From assembly GCA_023248155.1 (NCBI GenBank), contig JAHFFE010000007.1:4401-68400 (forward strand): a stretch of DNA of 64,000 bases, written 5' to 3'. The notes beneath the pieces are model-generated. The model worked only from the letters and a program-made list of their open reading frames with translations. It searched no databases and was not told the origin of the DNA. The DNA is from Candidatus Omnitrophota bacterium. GTDB lineage: Bacteria > Omnitrophota > Gorgyraeia > 1-14-0-20-64-10. How positions within the stretch are numbered: the first letter of the stretch is position 1; every line of letters begins with the position of its first letter. Positions 53,415 through 62,962 of this stretch are shown here, piece by piece. Both the position numbers and the translations under genes were made by a program.

Positions 53415-54758
53415 ATGGATTATGTTCCGATCACCGACCATGACCGGGAGGTGATGCTTGAGAAAATCGGTGTTTCCAGCGTTCAGAATCTGCTGAACAT
53501 TCCGCGCGATGTTCCGCGCGCGCGGCTGCAGCTGCCGCCGCCGCTGAGCGAGCCGGAACTGCTCGATCTTTGCCGCCAGATCGCGCTAAGCAACCGCTCC
53601 ATCGATCCGAAACGGTCGTTTTTGGGCGCCGGTGCTTATTCGCATTACGCGCCCAGTATTGTGCGCTACATCGCGTCGCGCGGCGAATTTTTAACGGCCT
53701 ATACGCCGTATCAGCCCGAAGCGTCGCAGGGGACGCTGCAGGCGATGTACGAATTTCAAAGTTTGTTGTGCGAGTTGACCGGCATGGATGTCGCCAACTG
53801 CTCATTGTACGACGGCGCGACTGCCGTCGCCGAGGCCTGCCTCGTCGCGCTGCGCGAAACCGACCGCAAAAAACTGATCCTTTCATCCGGACTGCATCCG
53901 GAGTACCGCCAAACGGTCCGCACCTATTTTCAGCATTCCGATATTGAGGTCATCGAAGCGCCCTTGCAGAGCGGAACCACCGATCTTGATTTTCTGAATT
54001 CGTCCGTCAACTCTGAGGTGGCCGCCGTCGTTGTGCAGGTTCCCAACGCGCTCGGTCTTCTGGAACCGGTCGATGCGATTGAAAAAACAACGCATGCCAA
54101 AGGCGCGTTGTTCATCACTTCGGTCAACCCGGTCTCGCTTGGCATTTTAAAACCGCCCGGGGAGTATGGCGCCGACATCGTCGTGGGCGAAGGCCAGCCG
54201 CTCGGCATCGACGCCGCTTATGGCGGGCCGTACCTCGGTTTGTTCGCCTGCCGGCAGACGCTGGTGCGCAAGATGCCGGGCCGCGTCGTCGGCATGACGC
54301 GCGACGCGCATGGCCGGCGCGGATTCGTGCTGACGCTGCAGACGCGCGAACAGCATATCCGCCGCGCGAAAGCGACTTCCAATATCTGCACCAACGAAGC
54401 AATGATGGCGCTAGCCGCCGCTGTGTATATGGCGTCGCACGGGCAGCAGGGCTTCCGTGAACTGGCCGAGCAAAATCTGCGCAAAGCGCATTATGCCTGC
54501 GAACAACTCTCTAAAATTCCCGGAGTTTCGCCGATGTTCGGCAAACCGTTCTTTAACGAATTCGCGCTCGAGGTTCCGATTGATCCGGAAACGTTGAACC
54601 GCCGCCTCGAAGCCAAAGGTTTTCTGGGCGGGTTGCCGCTGGCGCGTTGGGACGCGCAATGGAAACGCGGATGGCTCGTCTGCGCGACGGAAGTCCAGAC
54701 CAAAGAATCGATCGACGCGTTCGCGCAGGCCGTTGCCGAAAGCTGTAAAGACCGATGA
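53415..54758 (+). CDS. gcvPA: Glycine dehydrogenase (decarboxylating) subunit 1
   Basis: A 447-aa N-terminal-subunit type P protein (FLGAGAYSHYAPSIV, YTPYQPEASQGTLQAMYEFQ). Confidence 0.9.
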   Translation: MDYVPITDHDREVMLEKIGVSSVQNLLNIPRDVPRARLQLPPPLSEPELLDLCRQIALSNRSIDPKRSFLGAGAYSHYAPSIVRYIASRGEFLTAYTPYQPEASQGTLQAMYEFQSLLCELTGMDVANCSLYDGATAVAEACLVALRETDRKKLILSSGLHPEYRQTVRTYFQHSDIEVIEAPLQSGTTDLDFLNSSVNSEVAAVVVQVPNALGLLEPVDAIEKTTHAKGALFITSVNPVSLGILKPPGEYGADIVVGEGQPLGIDAAYGGPYLGLFACRQTLVRKMPGRVVGMTRDAHGRRGFVLTLQTREQHIRRAKATSNICTNEAMMALAAAVYMASHGQQGFRELAEQNLRKAHYACEQLSKIPGVSPMFGKPFFNEFALEVPIDPETLNRRLEAKGFLGGLPLARWDAQWKRGWLVCATEVQTKESIDAFAQAVAESCKDR

Positions 54759-56239
54759 GCGAGGTCACGATGGAAAAAAAGCATTCGCCGGGCCGGATCC
54801 TTGAACCGTTGCTGAAGGATCTCGGTCAGGACGGCCGGCGTGCGTTCCAGCTTCCTAAAACCGATCTGCCGGCTGTTGCCCCGGAGACGCAAATTCCGTC
54901 GGACTGGGTGCGCAGCAAACCGGCCGCGCTGCCGGAGCTCAGCGAGCGCGACCTGGTCAAACATTTCATGCGGCTGGCCCATTTGAATTTCTCGGTCGAG
55001 ACTAATTTTTATCCGCTCGGTTCCTGCACGATGAAATACAATCCGCGCGTTCATGAAGAGATCGCTGGTCTCTCCGGTTTCGCGCAGCTGCATCCGTACG
55101 CGCCCGATTCTCTGTCGCAAGGCACGCTGCAACTGTTGTTTGAACTGGAACGGATGCTTGCGGAAGTTCTCGGCATGGATGCCGTCACATTGCAGCCGGC
55201 CGCCGGCGCGCACGGCGAATTCACGGCGCTGTTAATGGCGCGCGCCTATCATGAGGCGCAGGGCCGTCCGCGCAAAAAAGTAGTGGTGACCGATTCATCG
55301 CACGGAACCAACCCGGCCAGCGCCGCTCTCTGCGGGTTTGATGTCGTCGAAGTGAAATCGAACGCGCGCGGCCGCGTTTCGCTGGAGTCGCTCGCGTCGG
55401 TCGTCGATCACGACACCGCGGTTTTTATGATGACCAACCCGAACACGCTCGGCTTGTTCGAAGAAGAAGTGATGAAAGTGACACAGCTCGTTCATGACAA
55501 AGGCGGACTGGTTTACATGGACGGCGCGAATATGAACGCGTTGCTGGGGCAGGTGCGCCCCGGCGATATGGGTTTCGACATGGTCCATGTGAATATCCAT
55601 AAAACATTTTCGATTCCGCATGGCAGCGGCGGCCCCGGCGGCGGGCCCGTCGGCGTGAAGGCCCATTTGAAGCCGTTCCTGCCAGCGCCGATGGTGGCCT
55701 CCGGCTCGGCTGGTTACCGCCTGGAATCGCCGGGTCCGCAGTCGATCGGCCGCGTCCGCTCGTTCTTCGGGAATGTCGGCGCGCTGGTACGCGCTTACGC
55801 CTACATTCGCAGTCTCGGAACCGACGGCTTGAAACAGGTTTCAGAAGGCGCGATCTTAAACGCCAACTACCTGAAGGAACTTTTGCGCGGCATCTACCCG
55901 ATTGCCGTCGATGAATCGTGCATGCATGAATTCATTGCCTCAGCCAAAGAAATGAAAGCCAGCCAGGGGATCAAGGCGATGGATATCGCCAAGCGCCTGC
56001 TTGATTACGGTTTTTACGCGCCGACAATCTGCTTCCCGCTGATCGTCGAAGAAGCGCTGATGATCGAGCCGTCCGAAACCGAATCGCGGCAGACGCTCGA
56101 ATCATTTGCCGACGCGCTGGCCAAGATCAAGCACGAATCGGAAGAAACGCCAGAGCGGCTTCGCACGGCGCCGCACCGGATGCCGGTTTCCCGCCTCGAC
56201 GAAGTTCAAGCCGCGCGCGAGCCAAATCTGCGTTGGTAG
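54755..56239 (+). CDS. gcvPB: Glycine dehydrogenase (decarboxylating) subunit 2
   Basis: A 494-aa C-terminal-subunit P protein with PLP-lysine context (HVNIHKTFSIPHGGGGPG). Confidence 0.9.
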   Translation: MSEVTMEKKHSPGRILEPLLKDLGQDGRRAFQLPKTDLPAVAPETQIPSDWVRSKPAALPELSERDLVKHFMRLAHLNFSVETNFYPLGSCTMKYNPRVHEEIAGLSGFAQLHPYAPDSLSQGTLQLLFELERMLAEVLGMDAVTLQPAAGAHGEFTALLMARAYHEAQGRPRKKVVVTDSSHGTNPASAALCGFDVVEVKSNARGRVSLESLASVVDHDTAVFMMTNPNTLGLFEEEVMKVTQLVHDKGGLVYMDGANMNALLGQVRPGDMGFDMVHVNIHKTFSIPHGSGGPGGGPVGVKAHLKPFLPAPMVASGSAGYRLESPGPQSIGRVRSFFGNVGALVRAYAYIRSLGTDGLKQVSEGAILNANYLKELLRGIYPIAVDESCMHEFIASAKEMKASQGIKAMDIAKRLLDYGFYAPTICFPLIVEEALMIEPSETESRQTLESFADALAKIKHESEETPERLRTAPHRMPVSRLDEVQAAREPNLRW

Positions 56240-56772
56240 GTTTTTGCGTTTGGTTCACGGGACTGCCTGCTTCCGGAAAGACGACTCACGCCCAGTTGCT
56301 TGCTCAATCCCTCAAGCGCCAATCCTGCCCAGTTGAACTATTCGATGGGGACCGTCTCCGTCAGGAGATTTCCCGCGGGTTAGGTTTCAGCAAGCAGGAC
56401 AGGGATCTCCATGTTCAACGGGTAGGGGAACTCGCGTTAGAGCGCGTGCGGGCCGGACAGGTGGCCGTCTGCGCGTTGGTGAGCCCCTACCGGGTGGCGC
56501 GCGATCACTGCCGCGCGATGATAGGAACCGACCGGTTTATTGAAGTTTTTGTGCAGGCTCCTTTATCGGAGTGTGAGCGCAGAGATCCTAAGGGATTGTA
56601 CGCAAAAGCCCGCTCAGGGAAATTGCCCGGCTTCACCGGTATCAGTGATCCGTATGAACCGCCGTTGGCCCCCGACCTCGTTTTAGATACAGCGGTTTGT
56701 TCCATACAGGAAAATGTTCAACGGCTGGACTCTTATCTGACGCATCAGGGATTTCTGCCATGGCCCCACTAG
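56233..56772 (+). CDS. cysC: Adenylylsulfate (APS) kinase
   Basis: A TTG start overlaps gcvPB. P-loop VWFTGLPASGKTT (APS kinase: IWLTGLSGSGKST), plus DGD..R and LSExERRDPKGLY motifs. Confidence 0.7.
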   Translation: MVGFCVWFTGLPASGKTTHAQLLAQSLKRQSCPVELFDGDRLRQEISRGLGFSKQDRDLHVQRVGELALERVRAGQVAVCALVSPYRVARDHCRAMIGTDRFIEVFVQAPLSECERRDPKGLYAKARSGKLPGFTGISDPYEPPLAPDLVLDTAVCSIQENVQRLDSYLTHQGFLPWPH

Positions 56773-57377
56773 ATAAAGAAATGTGCAATCTGCGTTTCAT
56801 TAGTGATCCCCGGATGGACCCGGCGGAAAATATGAAGAAAGACCTCGAAATCGCGCAGGACGTTTGCGCGGGACAGGCGCCGGTTACATTGCGTTTATAC
56901 GGTTGGGACCGTCCGGCTCTTTCCCTGGGGCGCCGGCAGAAACTGGAACAACTGCCTGCTGATCAGATTGGGTCAGGCCGCGTGATTGTGGAGCGTCCTA
57001 CGGGCGGGGGAGCGGTACTGCACGATGCCGATGAATTCACCTACGCGTTAGCGCTTCCGCGCACTGCGTTTCAGAACCGGATGAAGCCCTCCGATATTCC
57101 CGCCTGGATCCATCAATCACTCAAAGAACAACTGCAGAAACAAGTCTCTCTGCCGGATCTGCAATGCGCGCCGGCTCGGCCGGCTTCTTCAGAGTTTTGT
57201 TTTCAGTCGCCTGTTCTGGGTGATCTTTTGATCGGCAATCGAAAAGTGGCCGGTTCAGCGATGCGCGTCTGGCGCGGCGGGCTGTTGATCCAGGGATCTA
57301 TTCAGGGTCTGCCTGTGGCGCGCGAGGTGCTTCGGGAATCACTGAATGCGGTTATTGAGCGTTTTTTGATTCTTTAA
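56760..57377 (+). CDS. Lipoate-protein ligase/octanoyltransferase family catalytic domain (LplA/LipB-like)
   Basis: VIVERPTGGGAVLHDADEFTYAL matches the LplA/LipB RxxSGGGAVxHD motif. It is adjacent to the gcvH operon. The start is uncertain: ATG 56760 overlaps cysC, and an alternative ATG lies at 56781. Confidence 0.6.
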   Translation: MAPLDKEMCNLRFISDPRMDPAENMKKDLEIAQDVCAGQAPVTLRLYGWDRPALSLGRRQKLEQLPADQIGSGRVIVERPTGGGAVLHDADEFTYALALPRTAFQNRMKPSDIPAWIHQSLKEQLQKQVSLPDLQCAPARPASSEFCFQSPVLGDLLIGNRKVAGSAMRVWRGGLLIQGSIQGLPVAREVLRESLNAVIERFLIL

Positions 57378-57390
57378 ATGGAGATCTAGA

Positions 57391-58101
57391 TTGCAATACT
57401 CCGTTGTTATTCCAGTGCACAATGAACGTGAATCGATCCGCATTTTGCATGAAGAGTTAGAGGAAGTCCTGAGATTTCTTGGCCGGACTTACGAAATTAT
57501 TTTCGTGGACGACGGGTCAGCGGATGGAACGACAGAAGTTCTGCGATCTTTGTGTTCCAGTCATCCGGAACTGCTCGCGGTCTATTTTCCGAATCGGCGC
57601 GGGCAGTCTGCGGCTTTTGAGACAGGATTTGCGCTTTCCTCAGGGGATGTGGTCATTACTCTGGATGCGGACCTTCAAAACAACCCGCGGGATATCCCCC
57701 GTTTGTTGGAAAAACTGGAAGAAGGCTACGATGTGGTCTGCGGATGGAGAACGCACCGTTGCGACCCCTGGCATCGCAGGTGGAGTTCTGGGGCTGCCAA
57801 CTTTATGCGCCGTAGATTTTTAGGCGAGAAAATACATGATGTCGGGTGCTCTTTAAGGGTTTACCGAAAACAAGTGCTCCGGAAATTGAGTTTGGGCGCG
57901 TATGGTCATCGTTTTATAACCGCTTTGCTCTTGAGATCAGGTTTGAAGGTTTGTGAGGTTTCGGTCCGGCATCACCCTCGCCGGTTTGGCCGTTCAAAAT
58001 ATAACTTAAGAAACCGGTTTTATGAAAGCACAGCGGGATTTGTTCGTCTTCTTCTCAGTCGATCGCCGGATCTATTTGATCAAAAGCAGTGTTCCTCCTG
58101 A
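57391..58101 (+). CDS. GT2-family glycosyltransferase, polyprenyl-phosphate sugar synthase type (ArnC/DPM1-like)
   Basis: A TTG start. YSVVIPVHNERESI...YEIIFVDDGSADGT...DADLQNNP fits GT2 DxD/ED topology. The C-terminal region has a predicted TM segment. Confidence 0.8.
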   Translation: MQYSVVIPVHNERESIRILHEELEEVLRFLGRTYEIIFVDDGSADGTTEVLRSLCSSHPELLAVYFPNRRGQSAAFETGFALSSGDVVITLDADLQNNPRDIPRLLEKLEEGYDVVCGWRTHRCDPWHRRWSSGAANFMRRRFLGEKIHDVGCSLRVYRKQVLRKLSLGAYGHRFITALLLRSGLKVCEVSVRHHPRRFGRSKYNLRNRFYESTAGFVRLLLSRSPDLFDQKQCSS

Positions 58102-59534
58102 ATTCCATTTTAAGCCGTCCTATTCTCGGCCGGCCAAGCGCGGCCAGAATCCGCGCAATTCTCTTTCTTGTTGTAGTCATGGGCCTGGCGTTTCGTATCT
58201 TTGGTTTATCGTTGGAATCTTTCTGGCGCGATGAGATACGGACCGTTACGGTGTCGAGCTGGCCGATCCCACAGCTGATTTTCGACCGGCTTCACCGCGG
58301 ACATAGTCCCGTTTATTTTCTTCTCATGCACGGCTGGTTGCGGCTTGTCCCTCTCACGGAGTTTTGGATACGGTTTCCGTCCGCGGTTATGGGGGCCGCG
58401 AGCATTCCATTGATGTTTTTTGTTGGCAGGTCATTGCTGGGAACTCGAGCAGCTCTTGTTGCCGCTCTTTTTTTCTCTCTCAATACTTTTCAAATCGAAT
58501 ATGCGCAGGAAGCCCGGATGTACAGCGCTGTGGTTTTCTTCGGACTCTTATCTACGAGTTGTCTTCTGAATGTCCTCAAATTCCGAACGAGATACGGGTG
58601 GAACGCGTACGGAATTGCCTCCTTGGTAGGGCTTTCGTTGAGCGCGTCTTATTTCTTTGTATTGATTGGACAGGTTTTCTTGGGGCAGGCGCGTCTTGCG
58701 GTTGATTCCGTCGATCGGAAACGTTTTTATGGCTGGTTGTTTTCTTTGATCGTTGTTTTTGTCCTTCTCTGGTCAGTGATTTTCTTTCTTTCCCGAGGTT
58801 ACGGCATACTAAGCGTTGCTCCGGCCCATTTTTCTGTTTGGGAGTGGCTCCAGGGAATCTTTCAAAAATTTTGGTCTCTTGAGTACTTGCCAATAGACCT
58901 GAATCTTACGGCATTCGTGATTTTCGGACTTATTCCTGGAATTCTTGGGTACGAGTTGTGGGTTTCAGGTTTATCCCGTGAGCGGATCGCCCTGTTGTTC
59001 TGGTTATTTTTTCCCGTGGTGTTGCTGGCGCTCTTATCGCCGTGCATTCGGCATGATATCCGATACCTATTGTTTCCTGCCTGCGCCTGGCCGCTTCTTT
59101 TGGGAGCTTTTTTTGCTGTTAGGAGACGAAGCGCAATCAGGGTGGGTGTGTTCACGGTGGTTCTTTGCTTGAATTTGTTAAACCTGGCCTACTATTATTT
59201 TCTGCCGCAAAAACCTTCCTGGAGAGAAATCGGATCTTACGCAATGCAGCACGCTCGGGGTAGAGAACCGATGTACGTCTATCCGGAGGACCTGGTTTAT
59301 GACTTGAGCTACTATTATAAAAGCGGCGAGGTCCGACCCCTCCGATTGCAATCCGATTTTACCAATCGAGAGATATTGGATGCCGGCGGCGGGTGGATTG
59401 TTTTGGTTTGGCAGTCGCACGGTTCCGATCCGGGTTTGCGGCGATGGCTGTACTTGATCGAACGCCGTTTCGGCGCTGTGTATCACCGTTCATGGAGAGG
59501 GGCTCAGCTTTATCATTATGAATCCTCGCTCTGA
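58089..59534 (+). CDS. Integral membrane glycosyltransferase of the PMT_2/ArnT (GT39/GT83-like) family
   Basis: A multi-TM 481-aa protein with a first-loop WRDE motif (FWRDEIRT). It overlaps the GT2 gene. This is the classic pairing of a polyprenyl-P-sugar synthase with a transferase. Confidence 0.65.
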   Translation: MFLLNSILSRPILGRPSAARIRAILFLVVVMGLAFRIFGLSLESFWRDEIRTVTVSSWPIPQLIFDRLHRGHSPVYFLLMHGWLRLVPLTEFWIRFPSAVMGAASIPLMFFVGRSLLGTRAALVAALFFSLNTFQIEYAQEARMYSAVVFFGLLSTSCLLNVLKFRTRYGWNAYGIASLVGLSLSASYFFVLIGQVFLGQARLAVDSVDRKRFYGWLFSLIVVFVLLWSVIFFLSRGYGILSVAPAHFSVWEWLQGIFQKFWSLEYLPIDLNLTAFVIFGLIPGILGYELWVSGLSRERIALLFWLFFPVVLLALLSPCIRHDIRYLLFPACAWPLLLGAFFAVRRRSAIRVGVFTVVLCLNLLNLAYYYFLPQKPSWREIGSYAMQHARGREPMYVYPEDLVYDLSYYYKSGEVRPLRLQSDFTNREILDAGGGWIVLVWQSHGSDPGLRRWLYLIERRFGAVYHRSWRGAQLYHYESSL

Positions 59535-60249
59535 GCTAAAAAAGCACTACGCTAAAATCGGTGATTCGACAAACGATTTTAGATGCCAGGCCTTGTTTGC
59601 CTGGATATGCCGTCATCTGGAACAATCTCCCGTGTTGGATTTTGGGTGCGGGACGGGCGGATTCCTCCGTTTTCTGAAGAACAAAAAAGGCTGGCTAGGA
59701 GTGGGGCTGGATCCCGACCCCGAGATGGTTCTCCGTGCGAAAGCGTTTGATCCCGCGCTGGATTTTTGTGTAGGCGGGATAGGAACCGCTGCAGCTCTCC
59801 AAGGCGCTTTCGGGACGATTGTCCTTATCGATGTGCTGGAGCATATTTCCGATGATGAGCAGACGCTCGTTCAACTTCAGGATAAACTTCTGCCTGGCGG
59901 GCGGCTGATCGTTGCCGTTCCTGCCTATCCCGGATTGTTCGGTCAAAGGGATTTAGCCATAGGACATTACCGGCGATATCAAAAAGCGGAGCTGGTCAAA
60001 AAAATCGAGAAAGCCGGATATGCCGTTCGACAAATTCGGTATTGGAATATGCTCGGTGTTATTCCTTACGCAGTCAGCCAAAAACTCTTGGGAAAGACCG
60101 AGGGTTGCTCATGGAGGAATGCGGACTCTGGGGGATTGCTGGAAAAAATTATGCGGCAGATTCTTCATGGCTGGTACGTCTGTGTAGAGAACAACATCAG
60201 CGCGGGCTGGGGCCTCACCTTGCTGTGCGTTGCGTCGAAGGTGAGTTAA
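59518..60249 (+). CDS. Class I SAM-dependent methyltransferase
   Basis: Motif I VLDFGCGTGGF and motif II LIVAVPA. Confidence 0.8.
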   Translation: MNPRSELKKHYAKIGDSTNDFRCQALFAWICRHLEQSPVLDFGCGTGGFLRFLKNKKGWLGVGLDPDPEMVLRAKAFDPALDFCVGGIGTAAALQGAFGTIVLIDVLEHISDDEQTLVQLQDKLLPGGRLIVAVPAYPGLFGQRDLAIGHYRRYQKAELVKKIEKAGYAVRQIRYWNMLGVIPYAVSQKLLGKTEGCSWRNADSGGLLEKIMRQILHGWYVCVENNISAGWGLTLLCVASKVS

Positions 60250-62207
60250 AACCCCTCTCCGTAAACCTGAGTGAAGTCGGTATTCCGGATGAATGCTTCG
60301 ACTTCTTCGTAATTTTCTATTTGTTCCTGCAGTGGAAGCAAAGATTGTTTCACGAGATTGCTCGATACCCGTCTTTTTGGCAATTCCAGAAAATCAAATA
60401 TTTTAGAGTCAAATGTTTTCTGGGGATCCAGCGAAAACTCCTCATAGGACAACCACAGACATTTTCTTTTTTTATTTAAACATTGAGCCGCGTGGCTAAG
60501 GTCGGCCTTGATCCCATTGTGGTAGGCCAATGCCTGATCAGGAAGTAACTTTATCGCGACGGGGCGGGGTATTTCATCGCAGTCATTACTTTGCAGCCAT
60601 ACTCCCGTTTTAGTCGCTGTGAGATAGGACACGAATTGGTTTAGGGTATTTAGACGATAAAGAACAATCCATTTCACCTCTGGAAATTCGCGGCTAAGTT
60701 CTTGAAAAGATATTTTTAGCCGTCTTAGATGACCGAAGAAAATCTTGAGTCCGCATACAGTTGCGTTACAGTTATTTAAGGTATAGCGCAAGTGACGGAA
60801 AACGTCTTTTTTAGAAGTAAAACATTTGCCCAGGCCGTAGGTTTGAGCGGTGGACAGGACTTCATCTGCGAAAGAGGCTGCAGGATGGGAGTTCAGATAA
60901 TTAATGAGAAGGTTGCTGCCGGTTCTTTCATGGCAAAGAATGAACACCGGTTTTTCGAGTTTCTTTTTTTTGAGGTAATAATGAGCGGCAATTCTTATTC
61001 TAAATAAACTTCGCTTAAGGCCAAGAGGGAGTTTCTTTTTGAGGTCTGCGAAAATTGTCGTAAATTTATTCCCAACAGGTTTTATTAAGTTGAGCCACAG
61101 GTTTTTCCAATGCATTAGGTACATTGCCAAGCCGCTTTTTTTTCCGGCATAGTATGCCGGATTGGGAAGGAAATATCCGGCTGTGTAGCGGATCCGGTCG
61201 ATCGGTGACCGAAGCTGTCTCGATAAATCAGTTTTCGGAACACGTTCTTTTTGATAAATTTCCGAAGTTTTTTCAAATATGAAGAATTGAATCAGCCTCT
61301 CCGTCGTCCGATCGTTTTTGAAAGTGTTTTGAACGTCTTCCAATAGCACTTTGATTTTTTTTCTGGAAGCAGCGGCTGGTTCTGGGAACTGGCTTAAGAT
61401 TTTTTCCACCGCCGTGTTTCCAAGCAGGTTCATGACGAGTGCCAGGTCCAAAAGTTGGATCAGGCTCGGGTTGTACATTTCTGCGGTGTGAAGCGCTAGA
61501 TGGCCGGCTGCGTCCTCGTCCGAGAATACCCGAACATTTTCTCCGAAAGCGGGGTAAGGTTTTGAATTCGCCCACGCTTCTTCGAGATTCATTTCAATTA
61601 CATGGCCGCCGATTGGGTAGTTGAGCCGCCAGTGTAAATCAATGTCCAACCCATCTTTTTCAAACGAAGCGCGGCCGCCGGGATTTTCCTTCAGCAGCTT
61701 ATGGGGGGCAAAGTGTATCTGGTCATGCCACCGATTTTTAGTCGGATATTTCCTTAAACCGAAGCCTTCACCTAGAAGGAGTTGTTCGACGGCGGTTAGA
61801 TCGCTTTCTCGGATTAGGATATCGATGTCAGCCATTTCCCTGAACGACATCTTTTCGTATACGCGCAGGCTCAGGTCGATTCCTTTAAGAGGGATGACCG
61901 GAATATTGTGATGAGAAAGATCCAGGGCGATCTTCTTGAACTGCGACAGCTTGTGATGATTGTGCCATTCGGACTGCATCAGTGTCTTGGTCAATGCTGC
62001 GCACACTTTTGGGTCCATGGAAGAAAACGCCCCGTTCTTCTCCAGCACAAAAGCGACGAATCCAAGTACGCGCTGGTTTCGTCCGATACGGAGCATTTCT
62101 GCCCAATTCAAAACAGAAAGATCCAGAATGTTTGGATCCAGATGTTCTGTTTGAGGTGAGGCGATCCACCGAAGGCATTGAAGGATCAATTTCATTTCAC
62201 TTTCCAT
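60246..62207 (-). CDS. Fusion of an uncharacterised nucleotidyltransferase (NTP_transf_5-like) with a Stf0-type sulfotransferase domain
   Basis: A 653-aa minus-strand ORF in an AT-richer region. The N-terminal half has a DxD-like nucleotidyltransferase pattern (REMADIDILIRESD). The C-terminal half has a PAPS-binding-like FILCHERTGSNLL (Stf0: RSGST-LL). Confidence 0.6.
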   Translation of the reverse strand: MESEMKLILQCLRWIASPQTEHLDPNILDLSVLNWAEMLRIGRNQRVLGFVAFVLEKNGAFSSMDPKVCAALTKTLMQSEWHNHHKLSQFKKIALDLSHHNIPVIPLKGIDLSLRVYEKMSFREMADIDILIRESDLTAVEQLLLGEGFGLRKYPTKNRWHDQIHFAPHKLLKENPGGRASFEKDGLDIDLHWRLNYPIGGHVIEMNLEEAWANSKPYPAFGENVRVFSDEDAAGHLALHTAEMYNPSLIQLLDLALVMNLLGNTAVEKILSQFPEPAAASRKKIKVLLEDVQNTFKNDRTTERLIQFFIFEKTSEIYQKERVPKTDLSRQLRSPIDRIRYTAGYFLPNPAYYAGKKSGLAMYLMHWKNLWLNLIKPVGNKFTTIFADLKKKLPLGLKRSLFRIRIAAHYYLKKKKLEKPVFILCHERTGSNLLINYLNSHPAASFADEVLSTAQTYGLGKCFTSKKDVFRHLRYTLNNCNATVCGLKIFFGHLRRLKISFQELSREFPEVKWIVLYRLNTLNQFVSYLTATKTGVWLQSNDCDEIPRPVAIKLLPDQALAYHNGIKADLSHAAQCLNKKRKCLWLSYEEFSLDPQKTFDSKIFDFLELPKRRVSSNLVKQSLLPLQEQIENYEEVEAFIRNTDFTQVYGEGF

Positions 62208-62248
62208 AAAAAGCTATTGTACACTATTCCTATTCCCGAAAGGATCGC

Positions 62249-62506
62249 ATGGCTACGGTAGACAAGAAAAAAGTACTTTGGCGGGAGGTGGCCGATCAAA
62301 CGGTCATTCTACGGATGGAGACTGGATTCTCTTATTCACTCGATGGGGCCGCCCGTTTGATCTGGAGCGGAGTGGTGATGGGAAAGAGTTCGGAAGAGAT
62401 TGCCGCGGAATTGTCTCGGGCCTATGCGATTGATGAGCGTACCTCCAAACAAGATGTCCAGGCGTTTTTGGAAGATCTCTGCAAAGAAGGCTTGATTGAT
62501 CCCTAG
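62249..62506 (+). CDS. PqqD-family RiPP recognition element (RRE) protein 1
   Basis: An 85-aa ORF with VILRMETGFSYSLDGAARLIWSGVVMGKSSEEIAAEL...FLEDLCKEGLI, the typical PqqD/B1 pattern. Confidence 0.7.
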   Translation: MATVDKKKVLWREVADQTVILRMETGFSYSLDGAARLIWSGVVMGKSSEEIAAELSRAYAIDERTSKQDVQAFLEDLCKEGLIDP

Positions 62507-62529
62507 TTTCTCCAAAGGAACAAGCATCG

Positions 62530-62853
62530 ATGAAAATGAATAACGCAAAGAAGGGCCCTTTTCTCTGCAGGGCGGAGCACGTGGTTTGGAAGATTATCAA
62601 GGATAAGGTTGTCCTGCTGAATCTCGACAGCGGAGCTTATTTTGAAACGAATGGATTGGGTCTGGATATTTTTAAGCTGTGCGATGGAAAAAAAACTCTT
62701 GAAGAGATCGCTTCCATTGTCAGTTCCAAATTCAAGAAAGGAACGGACCGGGTTTACAAAGAATCTAAAAGTTTTATAGAGGAGCTTGAGAAACAGAACT
62801 TGGTGAAGGCTCTAAAAAAGTCTCTGTCCGTTATTCGCCCGATAAGAAGGTAA
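62530..62853 (+). CDS. PqqD-family RiPP recognition element (RRE) protein 2
   Basis: A 107-aa ORF with VVLLNLDSGAYFETNGLGLDIFKLCDGKKTLEEIASIV...FIEELEKQNLV. Confidence 0.7.
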   Translation: MKMNNAKKGPFLCRAEHVVWKIIKDKVVLLNLDSGAYFETNGLGLDIFKLCDGKKTLEEIASIVSSKFKKGTDRVYKESKSFIEELEKQNLVKALKKSLSVIRPIRR

Positions 62854-62938
62854 CTTGGCGCAGGTTGCCGAGGTGTTTTAGTACCGGTTTTTGGTACTTA
62901 GTAGATTTGGTCTTCTTTTGATCCTTCTTTTCACTCAT
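62831..62938 (-). CDS. 35-aa peptide with a lasso-type leader motif (candidate RRE-binding leader/precursor-like peptide)
   Basis: The minus-strand ORF encodes MSEKKDQKKTKSTKYQKPVLKHLGNLRQVTFLSGE. A strong SD GAGGTGG lies 5 nt upstream of the ATG. Its own promoter is listed below. YQKPVLKHLGNLRQVTF matches YxxPxLx3Gx5Tx exactly. It overlaps the last 23 nt of PqqD-like gene 2 on the other strand. Confidence 0.4.
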   Translation of the reverse strand: MSEKKDQKKTKSTKYQKPVLKHLGNLRQVTFLSGE

Positions 62939-62962
62939 AGGTTCCACCTCGCTTTAGGATAG

